Translations under genes and position numbers: made by a program | The notes under the pieces: model-generated | Database searches by the model: none | What the model saw: the letters and a program-made list of their open reading frames with translations, nothing else | Told to the model about the DNA's origin: nothing | Assembly: GCA_964471275.1 (NCBI GenBank) | Contig: CAYYGZ010000017.1 | Span: forward strand, 1 to 32,884 | Length of the DNA stretch: 32,884 nucleotides | Origin: an uncultured bacterium | Lineage (GTDB): Bacteria > Latescibacterota > UBA2968 | Direction: 5' to 3' | Shown: positions 9,999-19,159 of the stretch, one piece after another | Layout of the letters: each line of letters starts with the position of its first letter | Position numbering within the stretch: the first letter of the stretch is position 1

Positions 9999-10646
9999 TT
10001 AACCATCCAGAACAATCGTCCCCCAGAGGCTGGGATCGTAGGCAACTGGCAGAGGTTCGTCGGCGGTCCAGTACTGGCGACCCAGGCGACGGTCGCGGAT
10101 GAGATACGTAAATCCAAAACGATTGTTGTCGTCGGGTTCGAACCCGGTCAGAATATCTGCGGGTAGAAAGGCGGAGAGACGGTAACCTTTCTTCGTGATG
10201 CGTGAGGACACGGTGATATTCTGAGGTTCGCAGGGCTTATCCTGGGCACGGGCTCTCCGGATATGCACCTGCCCGGCCAGGGGACCATCGGACCGACCGC
10301 CGGTCGGCAGAAAGAAGAAATGGTGGCAGAACCGGCTGGCACGGTGCGCCTCTCGGACATCCCGTGTGTCCAGCCAGATCTGGATACCGTCACCTTTGAG
10401 CGGGCGTTTCGGCTGGACCTCCAGACCGGGTGCACCTTTGGCGTCAACACCCAGATAGATGCCGTCATCGTTCCAGCCAACGTAGACGTCGGCATAAGCG
10501 GTCTTGTTGTCGAGACCCATCAAATCAGGCAAGCGATTCGCATCGCTCCACCCGGATAAGCTGCCCTTCAGGAAGGATTCATCGGTGATGGGTGGCAACG
10601 AGTGCTCGAACGTGAAGAAGGAACAAACAGGAATGTTCAGTTTCAT
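9999..10646 (-). CDS. DOMON/CBM9-like beta-sandwich protein with no signal peptide
   Basis: ADVYVGWNDDGIYLGV, GDGIQIWLDTR and the C-terminal DPSLWGTIVL are typical of CBM9/DOMON-like folds; no hydrophobic N-terminus. Confidence 0.65.
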   Translation of the reverse strand: MKLNIPVCSFFTFEHSLPPITDESFLKGSLSGWSDANRLPDLMGLDNKTAYADVYVGWNDDGIYLGVDAKGAPGLEVQPKRPLKGDGIQIWLDTRDVREAHRASRFCHHFFFLPTGGRSDGPLAGQVHIRRARAQDKPCEPQNITVSSRITKKGYRLSAFLPADILTGFEPDDNNRFGFTYLIRDRRLGRQYWTADEPLPVAYDPSLWGTIVLDG

Positions 10647-10708
10647 GGATTCGTTTATTTTGATTGATCGGACGGTTACGATCCGGAACTACGGACGACC
10701 GGGAAGGA

Positions 10709-11764
10709 TCAGGCTTTCTGCAAACGGAAGAGATACTCCGTAACGCTGTTGGCCTTGTAGCGGCGGTTTGCGCTGTCTGCGTCCGCACGGAATCGAGGAT
10801 ACTTCCTTGCCTTCATGTCCGTCTTGCCGTAGGCGCTCAGAAGGTCAAGAATATCTCGTCTGGCCATGAGACCTTCGCTGTTGTAGCTCAGGAAGACGAA
10901 CCGTGCACTCGTCCGTCGCACCAGGTCCTCAAGTGCCCCGAGCGCCTTTCCCTTCATACAGAAGTCCGATCGTTGATCCTCGTAAGGCCGCAAACCGGTC
11001 ACGCCAGCCAGCTTCGGATTGTCGTAGGCGGCGATCGTCTCGAGTACGTGGTAGTTGGTGCAGTACTGCCTCTGGTTATAGGGCGGATCCATGTAAAGAA
11101 TATCGCACGCAACCTTGCCGACAATCTCGCTGCCCTTTCGATGATAGACCACGTGGCGACCGTTTCCCCCTGTCGTTGGGATCGCCTTGAGCGTAACCGG
11201 CCGTCGGGCGCTGGCTTTCAGTCGCTTGAGGTAGGCGGCGTAGACAGATGCCGTGTTGGCGACGCGATCCATCGCCACAATCAGACTTGCAAGGAGATAG
11301 TAATACTCGCTCTCCTTCAGAATCCCGTCGAGATACCACGACTCGATCTGTTGGCGTATACCATCACACCGCTTGCCGTTCTCATCCGAAAAGTAGAACC
11401 GTTTGGGTTCGGCCCACCCCCCGGGGCAGTAATTCCGGAAGACGAAACCACGACGATTCCTGATGGTGTCTACCGCGGAGGCGATGTCGAATAGGCCCCG
11501 CGGCGACGTTCCGGGTTCGACCAATTGCCTCAGCTTCCTGAATGCCGGTGGTCGGTTGAGACCTACATAAGCCCGGTTCAGGACGTAGGCGTAGTGCTGG
11601 ATGTCGTTCGCAACGACCGTGTAGCCCAGCTGTTTGAAGTGCCATCCGACGGTACCTGTACCAGCGAAGATATCGAACATCCGTTTCGCTTCAGGATCGA
11701 CAAGAGTGGCGATGCCCTCCTCCAGAAAACCCAGCAGCGAGTATTTGCGGCCAATGTAGTTCAA
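10709..11764 (-). CDS. N6-adenine DNA methyltransferase, alpha (D12) class, M.NlaIII/M.HpyI-like
   Basis: NYIGRK, motif I DIFAGTGTVG, motif IV LYMDPPYN; YFSDENGK, VANTASVY, FLSYNSEGLM and RFRAD blocks resemble M.NlaIII as I recall it. TTG start lies 4 nt after the uvrA stop. Confidence 0.9.
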   Translation of the reverse strand: MNYIGRKYSLLGFLEEGIATLVDPEAKRMFDIFAGTGTVGWHFKQLGYTVVANDIQHYAYVLNRAYVGLNRPPAFRKLRQLVEPGTSPRGLFDIASAVDTIRNRRGFVFRNYCPGGWAEPKRFYFSDENGKRCDGIRQQIESWYLDGILKESEYYYLLASLIVAMDRVANTASVYAAYLKRLKASARRPVTLKAIPTTGGNGRHVVYHRKGSEIVGKVACDILYMDPPYNQRQYCTNYHVLETIAAYDNPKLAGVTGLRPYEDQRSDFCMKGKALGALEDLVRRTSARFVFLSYNSEGLMARRDILDLLSAYGKTDMKARKYPRFRADADSANRRYKANSVTEYLFRLQKA

Positions 11765-11768
11765 GTGA

Positions 11769-14700
11769 TCACGCCGCGATGATCTCCCTCAGGAATCGAC
11801 CGGTGTGCGACCCCTCGACCCGCGCGATTTCTTCCGGCGGCCCGACCGCCACCACGCCCCCGCCCTCGTCGCCGCCTTCGGGCCCCAGATCGATGACCCA
11901 GTCGGCAGTCTTGATGACATCGAGGTTATGCTCGATGATGACGACGGTGTTGCCCGCATCCACAAGCCGGTTCAGCACTTCCAGGAGCTTCTGGATATCT
12001 GCGAAGTGAAGACCCGTTGTGGGCTCATCCAGCAGGTAGATCGTCTTGCCCGTACTCGGGCGGGCCAGCTCCCGGGCCAGCTTCACGCGCTGCGCTTCTC
12101 CACCAGAAAGCGTTGTGGATGCTTGCCCCGCCTTCATATATCCCAGACCGACATCGACCAGCGTCTGGAGACTGTGACGGATCGATCTGAAGGCATCGAA
12201 GATCTGTATGGCCTCGAGAATGGTCGAATCGAGCACATCTGCGATCGAATAGCCACGATACTTGACATCAAGAATGTCCCGGTTATATCGCTTTCCGCTG
12301 CACGCTTCGCAGGTTACCCAGACATCGGGCAGAAAGTGCATCTCGATACAGCGCAGCCCGATGCCGTCGCAGGCATCACATCGGCCTCTGCGGTTGTTGA
12401 AGCTGAAATGACCCGGCTTGAAACCACGCACCTGGGCGTCCGGCAGCAGGGAAAAGAACTTTCGGATGTGATCGAACACCTTGACATACGTGCACGGATT
12501 GCTCCGGGGAGAGAACCCGATAGGTGTCTGATCGATCCGGATCACCTTGTCCACGTGCTTTAAACCCACGACCTCGTCGTGATCACCCCAGGCACGGTGC
12601 ACCCGGTTCACGTGCGTGGCCAGAGCTCCATACAGGACGTCGTTGACGAGCGAGCTCTTTCCGGAACCGGATACACCGGTCACACAGATCAGCTTGCCCA
12701 GGGGGAATTGGACGTGGATGTTTTTGAGGTTGTTGTGTCTAGCTCCCCGGACTTTGAGTTCGTTCCCATTCCCTTTGCGCCGCACAGGGATCTCAATCTG
12801 CAGCGCGCCCTTCAGATATCTGGCGGTCAACGACCCCTTCCTGACGGGGAGTCGACCTGGACGACCCGATGCGACGAGTTCGCCCCCCTCGGTGCCGGCA
12901 CCTGGTCCGAAATCCACAACGTGGTCAGCGGCTTCCAGCGTGTCACGATCGTGCTCGACGATGACAAGCGTGTTGCCCAGATCTCTGAGCTGCTCGAGCG
13001 CCCGCAGGAGACGGCGGTTATCCCGCTGGTGAAGACCGATCGTCGGCTCGTCGAGCACGTAGAGCACACCCGTGAGACCGGACCCGATCTGACTGGCCAG
13101 ACGGATACGCTGTGCCTCTCCACCCGAGAGCGTGGGCGCACGCCGCGACAGCGAGATGTACCCGAGCCCCACCTCATCCAGGAATCTCAATCGGCTCTGG
13201 ATCTCGCCGAGCACATCACCCGCGGCTTCGAGATCACTCCCCAGGATCCGCAACTGGGCAAACCACTCACGAACCTCTCGGATCGGGAGATTTGTGAGCT
13301 CAGGTAGAGTGGTATTGTGTAGACGCGCGGTAGCTCCGACTTCGGCAAGGCGTGTACCCCGGCAGGTCGGACACGGAACGTCCTGCACGAACTCACCCAT
13401 CGCTCGACGAAACCGGGGAGATAGCCTGACAAGCGACTCGACCGTCGGGAACAGACCCCGGTATTGGAATCGTATCCCGTCTTCTCCTTCGATCCACTGG
13501 TTGCCGAGCCCATAGAGAATGACCTCGAGTGCGTCGGCCGAAAGGTCTGCAACCGGGACACGAAGATCGAATCCGCTCTTACGACTGACGGCACTCATCA
13601 TGTACAATAGCGATCCCTCGAGCTTGCCCCAGGGCCCGACAGCGCCCTCGAGCAGAGATTTCGTCGCATCGGGAATGAGCGTGTTCCGGCCCATGCCTCT
13701 CTGGGTGCCCAGTCCCTCACAGGTCGGGCACCACCCGTCGTAGCTGTTGAACGAGAGGCGTTTCGGCGTCAGGGCATCGAAGCTCCGACCGCAGCAGGGA
13801 CACGACAGATGCTGGCTGAATCGTGCTTCTTCTCCCGTATCGGTGTCGGCCACGATCACCAGTCCCTTGGACAGGTCGAGTGCCTTCTCCACGGACTCGG
13901 CGACTCGCTTTCGTCCCGCCACTCGAACGGTAACACGATCGACCACGATTTCCAGGCGATGCGATTGCCGATAGTCGATCTCGACCGATTTGGCGAGTTC
14001 GAAGACCTCGCCGTCGATTCGGCCTCGCTGGTAACCAGTCCGACTTGCTCTGGAAATCAGGGTGTCGTAGCCCTCGCCACGATCCGGCTCCATCGGGGCG
14101 AGAATGAGAACCAGTTGCCCGGCAGGATGCGCCAGGATGCGATCGACGATCTGTTGAGAGGACTGCGCACCGGCTCTTGCGCCGTTGCACCCGCGGTTTG
14201 GGCAGTGGATCTCACCGAGCAGTCCGAACAGGGCGCGGAGATAGTCGTAAACCTCTGTCACCGTTCCGACTGTCGACCTCGGGTTCTTACTCGCCGCCTT
14301 CTGCTCGATCAAAATCGCCGGCGACAACCCGACAACACGATCGACCTTCGGTTTCGGCATCTGGCCCAAGAATTGTCTGGCGTATGCGGAGAGTGACTCG
14401 ACATACCGTCGTTGACCTTCCGCAAAAATCGTATCCAGAGCCAGGGAAGACTTTCCGGATCCCGATACACCCGAGATAACGGTCATTTTGTCGCGCGGAA
14501 TCGCGACATCGACATTTCGCAGATTGTTCTCGCGCGCACCGAACACCTCGATCTCCTTAAACCACGTAGACTTCTTCTTACGCTTCCGGCTTACAGAGCC
14601 ATTCAGGCCTGACGCATTGATGCTGGACAGAATCGGGGCTAGTGCCTCGCCTGTATGTGAGCCCGATTCGGCCGCAATGTCTTCTGGCGTCCCCTGAGCG

Positions 14701-17435
14701 ATGATCTCCCCGCCTCCCTCCCCACCCTCAGGTCCCAGATCCAGAATCCAGTCGGCCGTCTTGATCACATCCATATTGTGTTCGATCACGACAACTGTGT
14801 TACCCAGTTCAACCAGCGTTTCCAGTACGTTCAGCAGATTCTGCACATCCGAGAAATGAAGCCCGGTTGTCGGTTCATCCAGGATGTAGAGCGTTTGGCC
14901 CGTGTTCGCCCGGCAGAGCTCCTTGGCGAGTTTGATGCGCTGGGCTTCCCCGCCGGACAGCGTCGGAGCTGGCTGCCCGAGCTTGACGTAGCCCATGCCG
15001 ACGTCGACCAAAACCTTGAGAACACGGTAGATCGGCAAGATGTCCCTGAACAGGCTTGCTGCCTCCTCGACCTCCATCTCGAGAACGTCCGCGATCGACT
15101 TCTCCTTGAACCGGGCATCCAGGGTTTCCCGTCTGAACCGGCGGCCTTCGCATACCGGGCAGGTGACCCAGACATCAGCAAGAAAATCCATCTCCACCAG
15201 GTTGGCGCCGTTGCCCTGACAGGCTTCACAACGTCCTCCCTTGACGTTGAAGCTGAAGCGACCCGGTTTGTATCCGCGAACTTTTGACTCGGGAAGCTCT
15301 GAAAACAGAGACCGGATCGGGCTGAACGCACCCGTGTAAGTCGCCGGATTGCTACGTGGCGTACGGCCGATCGGCTGCTGATCGATCTCGATCACCTTGT
15401 CCAGCTTGTCGACACCGTCGATCCGGCGGTGCACACCCGGATGCGTCTCGGCCCGGTTGAGATCACGGGCCAGCGCCTGGTACAGGATGTCGGTGATCAG
15501 CGAACTCTTGCCCGAGCCGGAGACACCGGTGATGCAAGACATCACACCCAGCGGGATCTTTGCCGTCACGTTCTTCAGGTTGTTGTGTCGCGCACCCCGT
15601 ATCGTGAGGTAGGTCTTGGACGACCGCCGCTCATCCGGTATCGCGATCTTGCAGCGTCCGCTCAGGTAAGCCCCCGTGATCGACTTCCGGGTCCGCGCGA
15701 TCTTCTTCCAGCTGCCGTCCGCGACGAGATACCCACCCAGGTGTCCGGGTCCGGGTCCGAAATCGATGACGCGATCGGCTCTGCGCATCGTGTCCTCATC
15801 ATGCTCCACAACCACAACGCGGTTTCCCGCATCCCGCAATCGGCACAGCGCATCCAGAAGTTGGCTATTATCCCGATGGTGCAGCCCGATCGAAGGTTCG
15901 TCGAGAACATAGGTCACACCGACCAATCCGCTGCCAATCTGGCTGGCCAACCGGATTCGCTGCGATTCTCCGCCGGACAGCGTCGGCGCCGTACGATCCA
16001 GCGAAAGATAGTTCAGACCGACATCCAGAAGAAAAGTCAGCCGGCCCCGGATCTCCTTGAGCGCATCTTCGGCGATCGTCTGATTCGTCTCAGAAAGTGC
16101 CAATGCAGCGAAGAAGGCGTGCGCTTCCTCAATTGTCATTTGGGCGACCTCCGGCAGCGACTTCTGATCCACCAGGACCGACCGTGCTTCCCCGTTGAGA
16201 CGGGCACCCTCACAGGCCTCACAAGGTCCCTCGAGCATGAATACGCCGAGCCTGCGACGGACAGACGTGCTGCCGGACTCGGCATACCGCTGTTCGAGGG
16301 GAGGAAGAATCCCTTCGAACCGGCCCCGATGTCGATAGACAGACCCGTTCCTACGCTTCCAGGCCAGATCGATGCGACCCTTGACGCCTCTCAACAGCTC
16401 GCGCTGTCCACACGCCGGGATCTTCTTCCACGGCGTATCCAGATCACATCTGTGCCGTCTCAGAACACCCTCGTAGTAGTGCATTTTCCAGCGATTACGG
16501 GGGATGCCCAAGGGAGCTACTGCACCCTCGGCTACAGATTTCGTGGTATCCGGTATCGCAACACGCGCATCCATCCGAACGTGTGTACCGATTCCACGAC
16601 ACGTTGGGCACATGCCCTGCGGGCTGTTGAAGGAAAAAAGTTGGGGTGTCGGAGGCGTGGCACTCAGTCCACACGAGGGGCACGAGAAACTGGCGCTGAT
16701 CAGGATGTCCTCGGCACCTTCGGTAGAGACGAGCAGGATGCCTTCCGTGAGACGAAGCGCGGCATAGACAGCTTCACCAATCCGGGCGCTTGACTCCGGT
16801 TTTACCACAAGCCGGTCGATCACAACCTCGATGTCGTGCCGGATGTGTCGTTCCAGACTGGGCGTATCAGTGAGGAGGACCGTCTGACCATCGACACGAG
16901 CTCGGATGAAGCCCTGACGTTGCAGATCCTCAAACAGATCCTGATACTCACCCTTACGCCCCCGGACGATCGGCGCAAGCACCGAGAATCGCGTGCCACG
17001 ATCCAGACCCAGTATCCGATCGACGATACCGTCACGGGTTTGCGACCCGATTGGGGTGCCGCACGACGCGCAGTGCGGTTCGCCGACGCGTGCGAAGAGC
17101 ACACGCAGATAGTCATAGATCTCCGTCATCGTGCCGACGGTTGATCTTGGGTTTCGGCCGGCAGTCTTCTGCTCGATCGATACGGTGGGTGAGAGACCGG
17201 ATATGCTGTCGACATCCGGCTTCTCCAACTGCCCGAGGAACTGGCGAGCATAGGCGGAAAGCGATTCGACATACCTGCGCTGACCCTCTGCGTAGATGGT
17301 GTCGAAGGCCATCGATGACTTGCCGGATCCAGAGACCCCTGTGAAGCAGACGAGTTCGCCTTCAGGCAGATCGAGATCCACGCTCTGCAGGTTGTGTACT
17401 CGGGCGCCTTTGACGACGATGTTTCTCGATTCCAT
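11769..17435 (-). CDS. uvrA: Excinuclease ABC subunit A, internally duplicated (two full UvrA units, 1888 aa)
   Basis: Two copies of EGQRRYVESLSAYARQF, four GVSGSGKS Walker A motifs, four LSGGE signatures and two sets of zinc-finger Cys pairs. The second unit begins near 14556. Confidence 0.97.
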   Translation of the reverse strand: MESRNIVVKGARVHNLQSVDLDLPEGELVCFTGVSGSGKSSMAFDTIYAEGQRRYVESLSAYARQFLGQLEKPDVDSISGLSPTVSIEQKTAGRNPRSTVGTMTEIYDYLRVLFARVGEPHCASCGTPIGSQTRDGIVDRILGLDRGTRFSVLAPIVRGRKGEYQDLFEDLQRQGFIRARVDGQTVLLTDTPSLERHIRHDIEVVIDRLVVKPESSARIGEAVYAALRLTEGILLVSTEGAEDILISASFSCPSCGLSATPPTPQLFSFNSPQGMCPTCRGIGTHVRMDARVAIPDTTKSVAEGAVAPLGIPRNRWKMHYYEGVLRRHRCDLDTPWKKIPACGQRELLRGVKGRIDLAWKRRNGSVYRHRGRFEGILPPLEQRYAESGSTSVRRRLGVFMLEGPCEACEGARLNGEARSVLVDQKSLPEVAQMTIEEAHAFFAALALSETNQTIAEDALKEIRGRLTFLLDVGLNYLSLDRTAPTLSGGESQRIRLASQIGSGLVGVTYVLDEPSIGLHHRDNSQLLDALCRLRDAGNRVVVVEHDEDTMRRADRVIDFGPGPGHLGGYLVADGSWKKIARTRKSITGAYLSGRCKIAIPDERRSSKTYLTIRGARHNNLKNVTAKIPLGVMSCITGVSGSGKSSLITDILYQALARDLNRAETHPGVHRRIDGVDKLDKVIEIDQQPIGRTPRSNPATYTGAFSPIRSLFSELPESKVRGYKPGRFSFNVKGGRCEACQGNGANLVEMDFLADVWVTCPVCEGRRFRRETLDARFKEKSIADVLEMEVEEAASLFRDILPIYRVLKVLVDVGMGYVKLGQPAPTLSGGEAQRIKLAKELCRANTGQTLYILDEPTTGLHFSDVQNLLNVLETLVELGNTVVVIEHNMDVIKTADWILDLGPEGGEGGGEIIAQGTPEDIAAESGSHTGEALAPILSSINASGLNGSVSRKRKKKSTWFKEIEVFGARENNLRNVDVAIPRDKMTVISGVSGSGKSSLALDTIFAEGQRRYVESLSAYARQFLGQMPKPKVDRVVGLSPAILIEQKAASKNPRSTVGTVTEVYDYLRALFGLLGEIHCPNRGCNGARAGAQSSQQIVDRILAHPAGQLVLILAPMEPDRGEGYDTLISRASRTGYQRGRIDGEVFELAKSVEIDYRQSHRLEIVVDRVTVRVAGRKRVAESVEKALDLSKGLVIVADTDTGEEARFSQHLSCPCCGRSFDALTPKRLSFNSYDGWCPTCEGLGTQRGMGRNTLIPDATKSLLEGAVGPWGKLEGSLLYMMSAVSRKSGFDLRVPVADLSADALEVILYGLGNQWIEGEDGIRFQYRGLFPTVESLVRLSPRFRRAMGEFVQDVPCPTCRGTRLAEVGATARLHNTTLPELTNLPIREVREWFAQLRILGSDLEAAGDVLGEIQSRLRFLDEVGLGYISLSRRAPTLSGGEAQRIRLASQIGSGLTGVLYVLDEPTIGLHQRDNRRLLRALEQLRDLGNTLVIVEHDRDTLEAADHVVDFGPGAGTEGGELVASGRPGRLPVRKGSLTARYLKGALQIEIPVRRKGNGNELKVRGARHNNLKNIHVQFPLGKLICVTGVSGSGKSSLVNDVLYGALATHVNRVHRAWGDHDEVVGLKHVDKVIRIDQTPIGFSPRSNPCTYVKVFDHIRKFFSLLPDAQVRGFKPGHFSFNNRRGRCDACDGIGLRCIEMHFLPDVWVTCEACSGKRYNRDILDVKYRGYSIADVLDSTILEAIQIFDAFRSIRHSLQTLVDVGLGYMKAGQASTTLSGGEAQRVKLARELARPSTGKTIYLLDEPTTGLHFADIQKLLEVLNRLVDAGNTVVIIEHNLDVIKTADWVIDLGPEGGDEGGGVVAVGPPEEIARVEGSHTGRFLREIIAA

Positions 17436-17503
17436 CGGCCCTGACTGTTTGAAACCGGGTTTGGTTCGGATGACTTGGGTAGGATTCTGCGGGGAAACGC
17501 TGG

Positions 17504-17537
17504 ATTATACCTAAGATTGACAGACCTTTCAAGGTCT
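17504..17537 (-). promoter_or_regulatory. Sigma70 promoter of uvrA with a palindrome over the -35 box
   Basis: Minus strand TTGAAA (17532-17527), 17 bp, TATAAT (17509-17504); AGACCTT-N2-AAGGTCT at 17522-17537. Confidence 0.7.
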
Positions 17538-17673
17538 AAGGATCAAAAGCGCGACAGCGCCTCTCTCTGCCACGAATATGCACAAAATGCGATTTTCGAT
17601 CCCTTAAGGAACTTGTCGCGGCGTATCGTTCGCCTTAATCTAAAACGATAACACTAATCCTCTATAAGGCATT

Positions 17674-18167
17674 ATAGCTGAATCCTCCGGCACGAAGACC
17701 TTCGTTATATTCGACGACGAAGTCAACATCGTCCATCTGCTCGTGAACATTCTGGAATCTGCAGGCAATGCGCGCCATCGAGCGTTCCGCCAGAAGAACC
17801 GAAGAGTGCGCCTGCAGAACCGGCCACGGTGGCTGAGCCGAGTTTCTCGAATGACCTGCCTAGCCAGTCTGCCCTCAAGCCCGTTGACTGTTCGGCGGCC
17901 TCATCCCGGGGTTCGGGGCGACGTATCTCCTTAACAGGCCATCATCACCATCGTATACATGCACCGAGACGGAAACGATTCACCAAGCCAAATGTCCTCA
18001 TTCTTGGTACTATGTTCGTGATCTGTCATACCGTGTCCGGGTTTATGGCCGCAATGAACTGGTATGCGGCGCTAATCGACGTAGACGAACTGAAGTCAAG
18101 CGCGAAAAAGACGGTCACCAAGCAAGCGACGAAAGAAATCCTACAGCAGTTGAGGGACAGCAGGTAG
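17674..18167 (+). pseudogene. Broken gene: response-regulator receiver N-terminus, Pro/Glu linker, His cluster and TM segment
   Basis: From ATA at 17674: AESSGTKTFVIFDDEVNIVHLLVNILESAG (receiver beta1-DD-alpha1). Another frame from about 17765 reads PPEEPKSAPAEPATVAEP...HHHH...hydrophobic segment...TAG 18167. A terminator follows. Confidence 0.6.
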
Positions 18168-18196
18168 CCGGGCAGACACCACGATCAGAATGCAGG

Positions 18197-18225
18197 AAAA
18201 GAGCGAGTTCTCTCGCTCTTTTTTT
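18197..18225 (+). terminator. Rho-independent terminator
   Basis: AAAA-GAGCGAG-ttct-CTCGCTC-TTTTTTT hairpin with a U tract. Confidence 0.85.
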
Positions 18226-18240
18226 ATGCTAACCAGGTGA

Positions 18241-18286
18241 GCCTGCAGGCCTTTGGCTTGACAAAGGCCTGCAGGCCGGATATTGT
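18241..18286 (+). promoter_or_regulatory. Sigma70 promoter of the sugar-catabolic operon embedded in a 15-bp perfect inverted repeat
   Basis: TTGACA (18258-18263), 17 bp, TATTGT (18281-18286); arms GCCTGCAGGCCTTTG (18241-18255) and CAAAGGCCTGCAGGC (18262-18276). Confidence 0.7.
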
Positions 18287-18331
18287 TGCCCGTCAAACAC
18301 CGCTCATGGGTCAAATGAAGGAGTTGATAAG

Positions 18332-19132
18332 ATGGAATTAGGGTGCAGCACGATTCTATACGGTGGGCAGGAACTGTCACTTGCTCTCGACAAGATTGTC
18401 GGCACGGGCTACAAGGCAGTCGAGGTCTGTGCCATNNNNNNNNNNAACATGGCACCACACCTGAGCCTCGGCGAAGACGCATCATATTATGAAGGAATCA
18501 AGTCGGCTGTGGCAGATCGGGGGCTCGAGATCGATTCAGTTGGCGGAAGCGGCAACCTGGGTGATCCCGATCGGTTCCTGCAGCTACTCGATGCCGCCGC
18601 CGCCATCGGTGCCCCGTTCATAACCACGGGCCCGGGTGGCAAATCCGACGACACCGCATCATTCAAGCAGGTCGTCGAAAACATCAATAACGTAGCGAAG
18701 GAAGCCGCGTCACGTGGGGTAAAGCTGAGCATTAAACCACACGTGAAGAATGCAGTCTACAATACCGAGACGGCACATCAGTTCATGCAGGAAGTCGACC
18801 GGGACTGGGTAGGCCTGAACTACGACCCAACGCACATCTGGAGAACGCCGCAGGAGGAAATTCCGGAAGAGACGATGGACAAGCTTCTCGAATACATGAT
18901 TTCTGCACGCATACGCGACGTGAAGACGCGTGAACTGAACATCTGCCCCGTTGCCCAGCAAGTTGCCGGTGAAGGCGACCTGAACCTCCCGGCAATCGTC
19001 GCCAAGCTGAACAGGGCCCCCAACGTCGCCTACGGCGTGTTGGAGATAGTTGGTACAAAGGAAATGCAGGTGGAAGAAATCGACGACGTTGTCAAACGTT
19101 CATACGACGGCTTTGCTGCACTCATGAATTAG
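18332..19132 (+). CDS. Sugar phosphate isomerase/epimerase (xylose isomerase-like TIM barrel)
   Basis: GYKAVEV, GVKLSIKPH, VGLNYDPTH, ARIRD, AGEGDLN, VLEI; AAGGAG RBS; spans an N gap in frame. Confidence 0.85.
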   Translation: MELGCSTILYGGQELSLALDKIVGTGYKAVEVCAXXXXNMAPHLSLGEDASYYEGIKSAVADRGLEIDSVGGSGNLGDPDRFLQLLDAAAAIGAPFITTGPGGKSDDTASFKQVVENINNVAKEAASRGVKLSIKPHVKNAVYNTETAHQFMQEVDRDWVGLNYDPTHIWRTPQEEIPEETMDKLLEYMISARIRDVKTRELNICPVAQQVAGEGDLNLPAIVAKLNRAPNVAYGVLEIVGTKEMQVEEIDDVVKRSYDGFAALMN

Positions 19133-19159
19133 CAGACAAGAGAAGGAACAGGTGTAACC

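Noticed and set aside
10709..11764. Complete restriction-modification system
   Set aside because: Neither neighbour resembles an endonuclease.
5221..17344. Long plus-strand ORFs (for example 15429-16793, 10664-11494, 7418-8185)
   Set aside because: They are antisense shadows of well-supported GC-rich genes and show no family motifs.
18436..18445. N run as a biological feature or breakpoint (also 24174-24183)
   Set aside because: These are scaffold gaps; the frames continue plausibly, but linkage across them is unverified.
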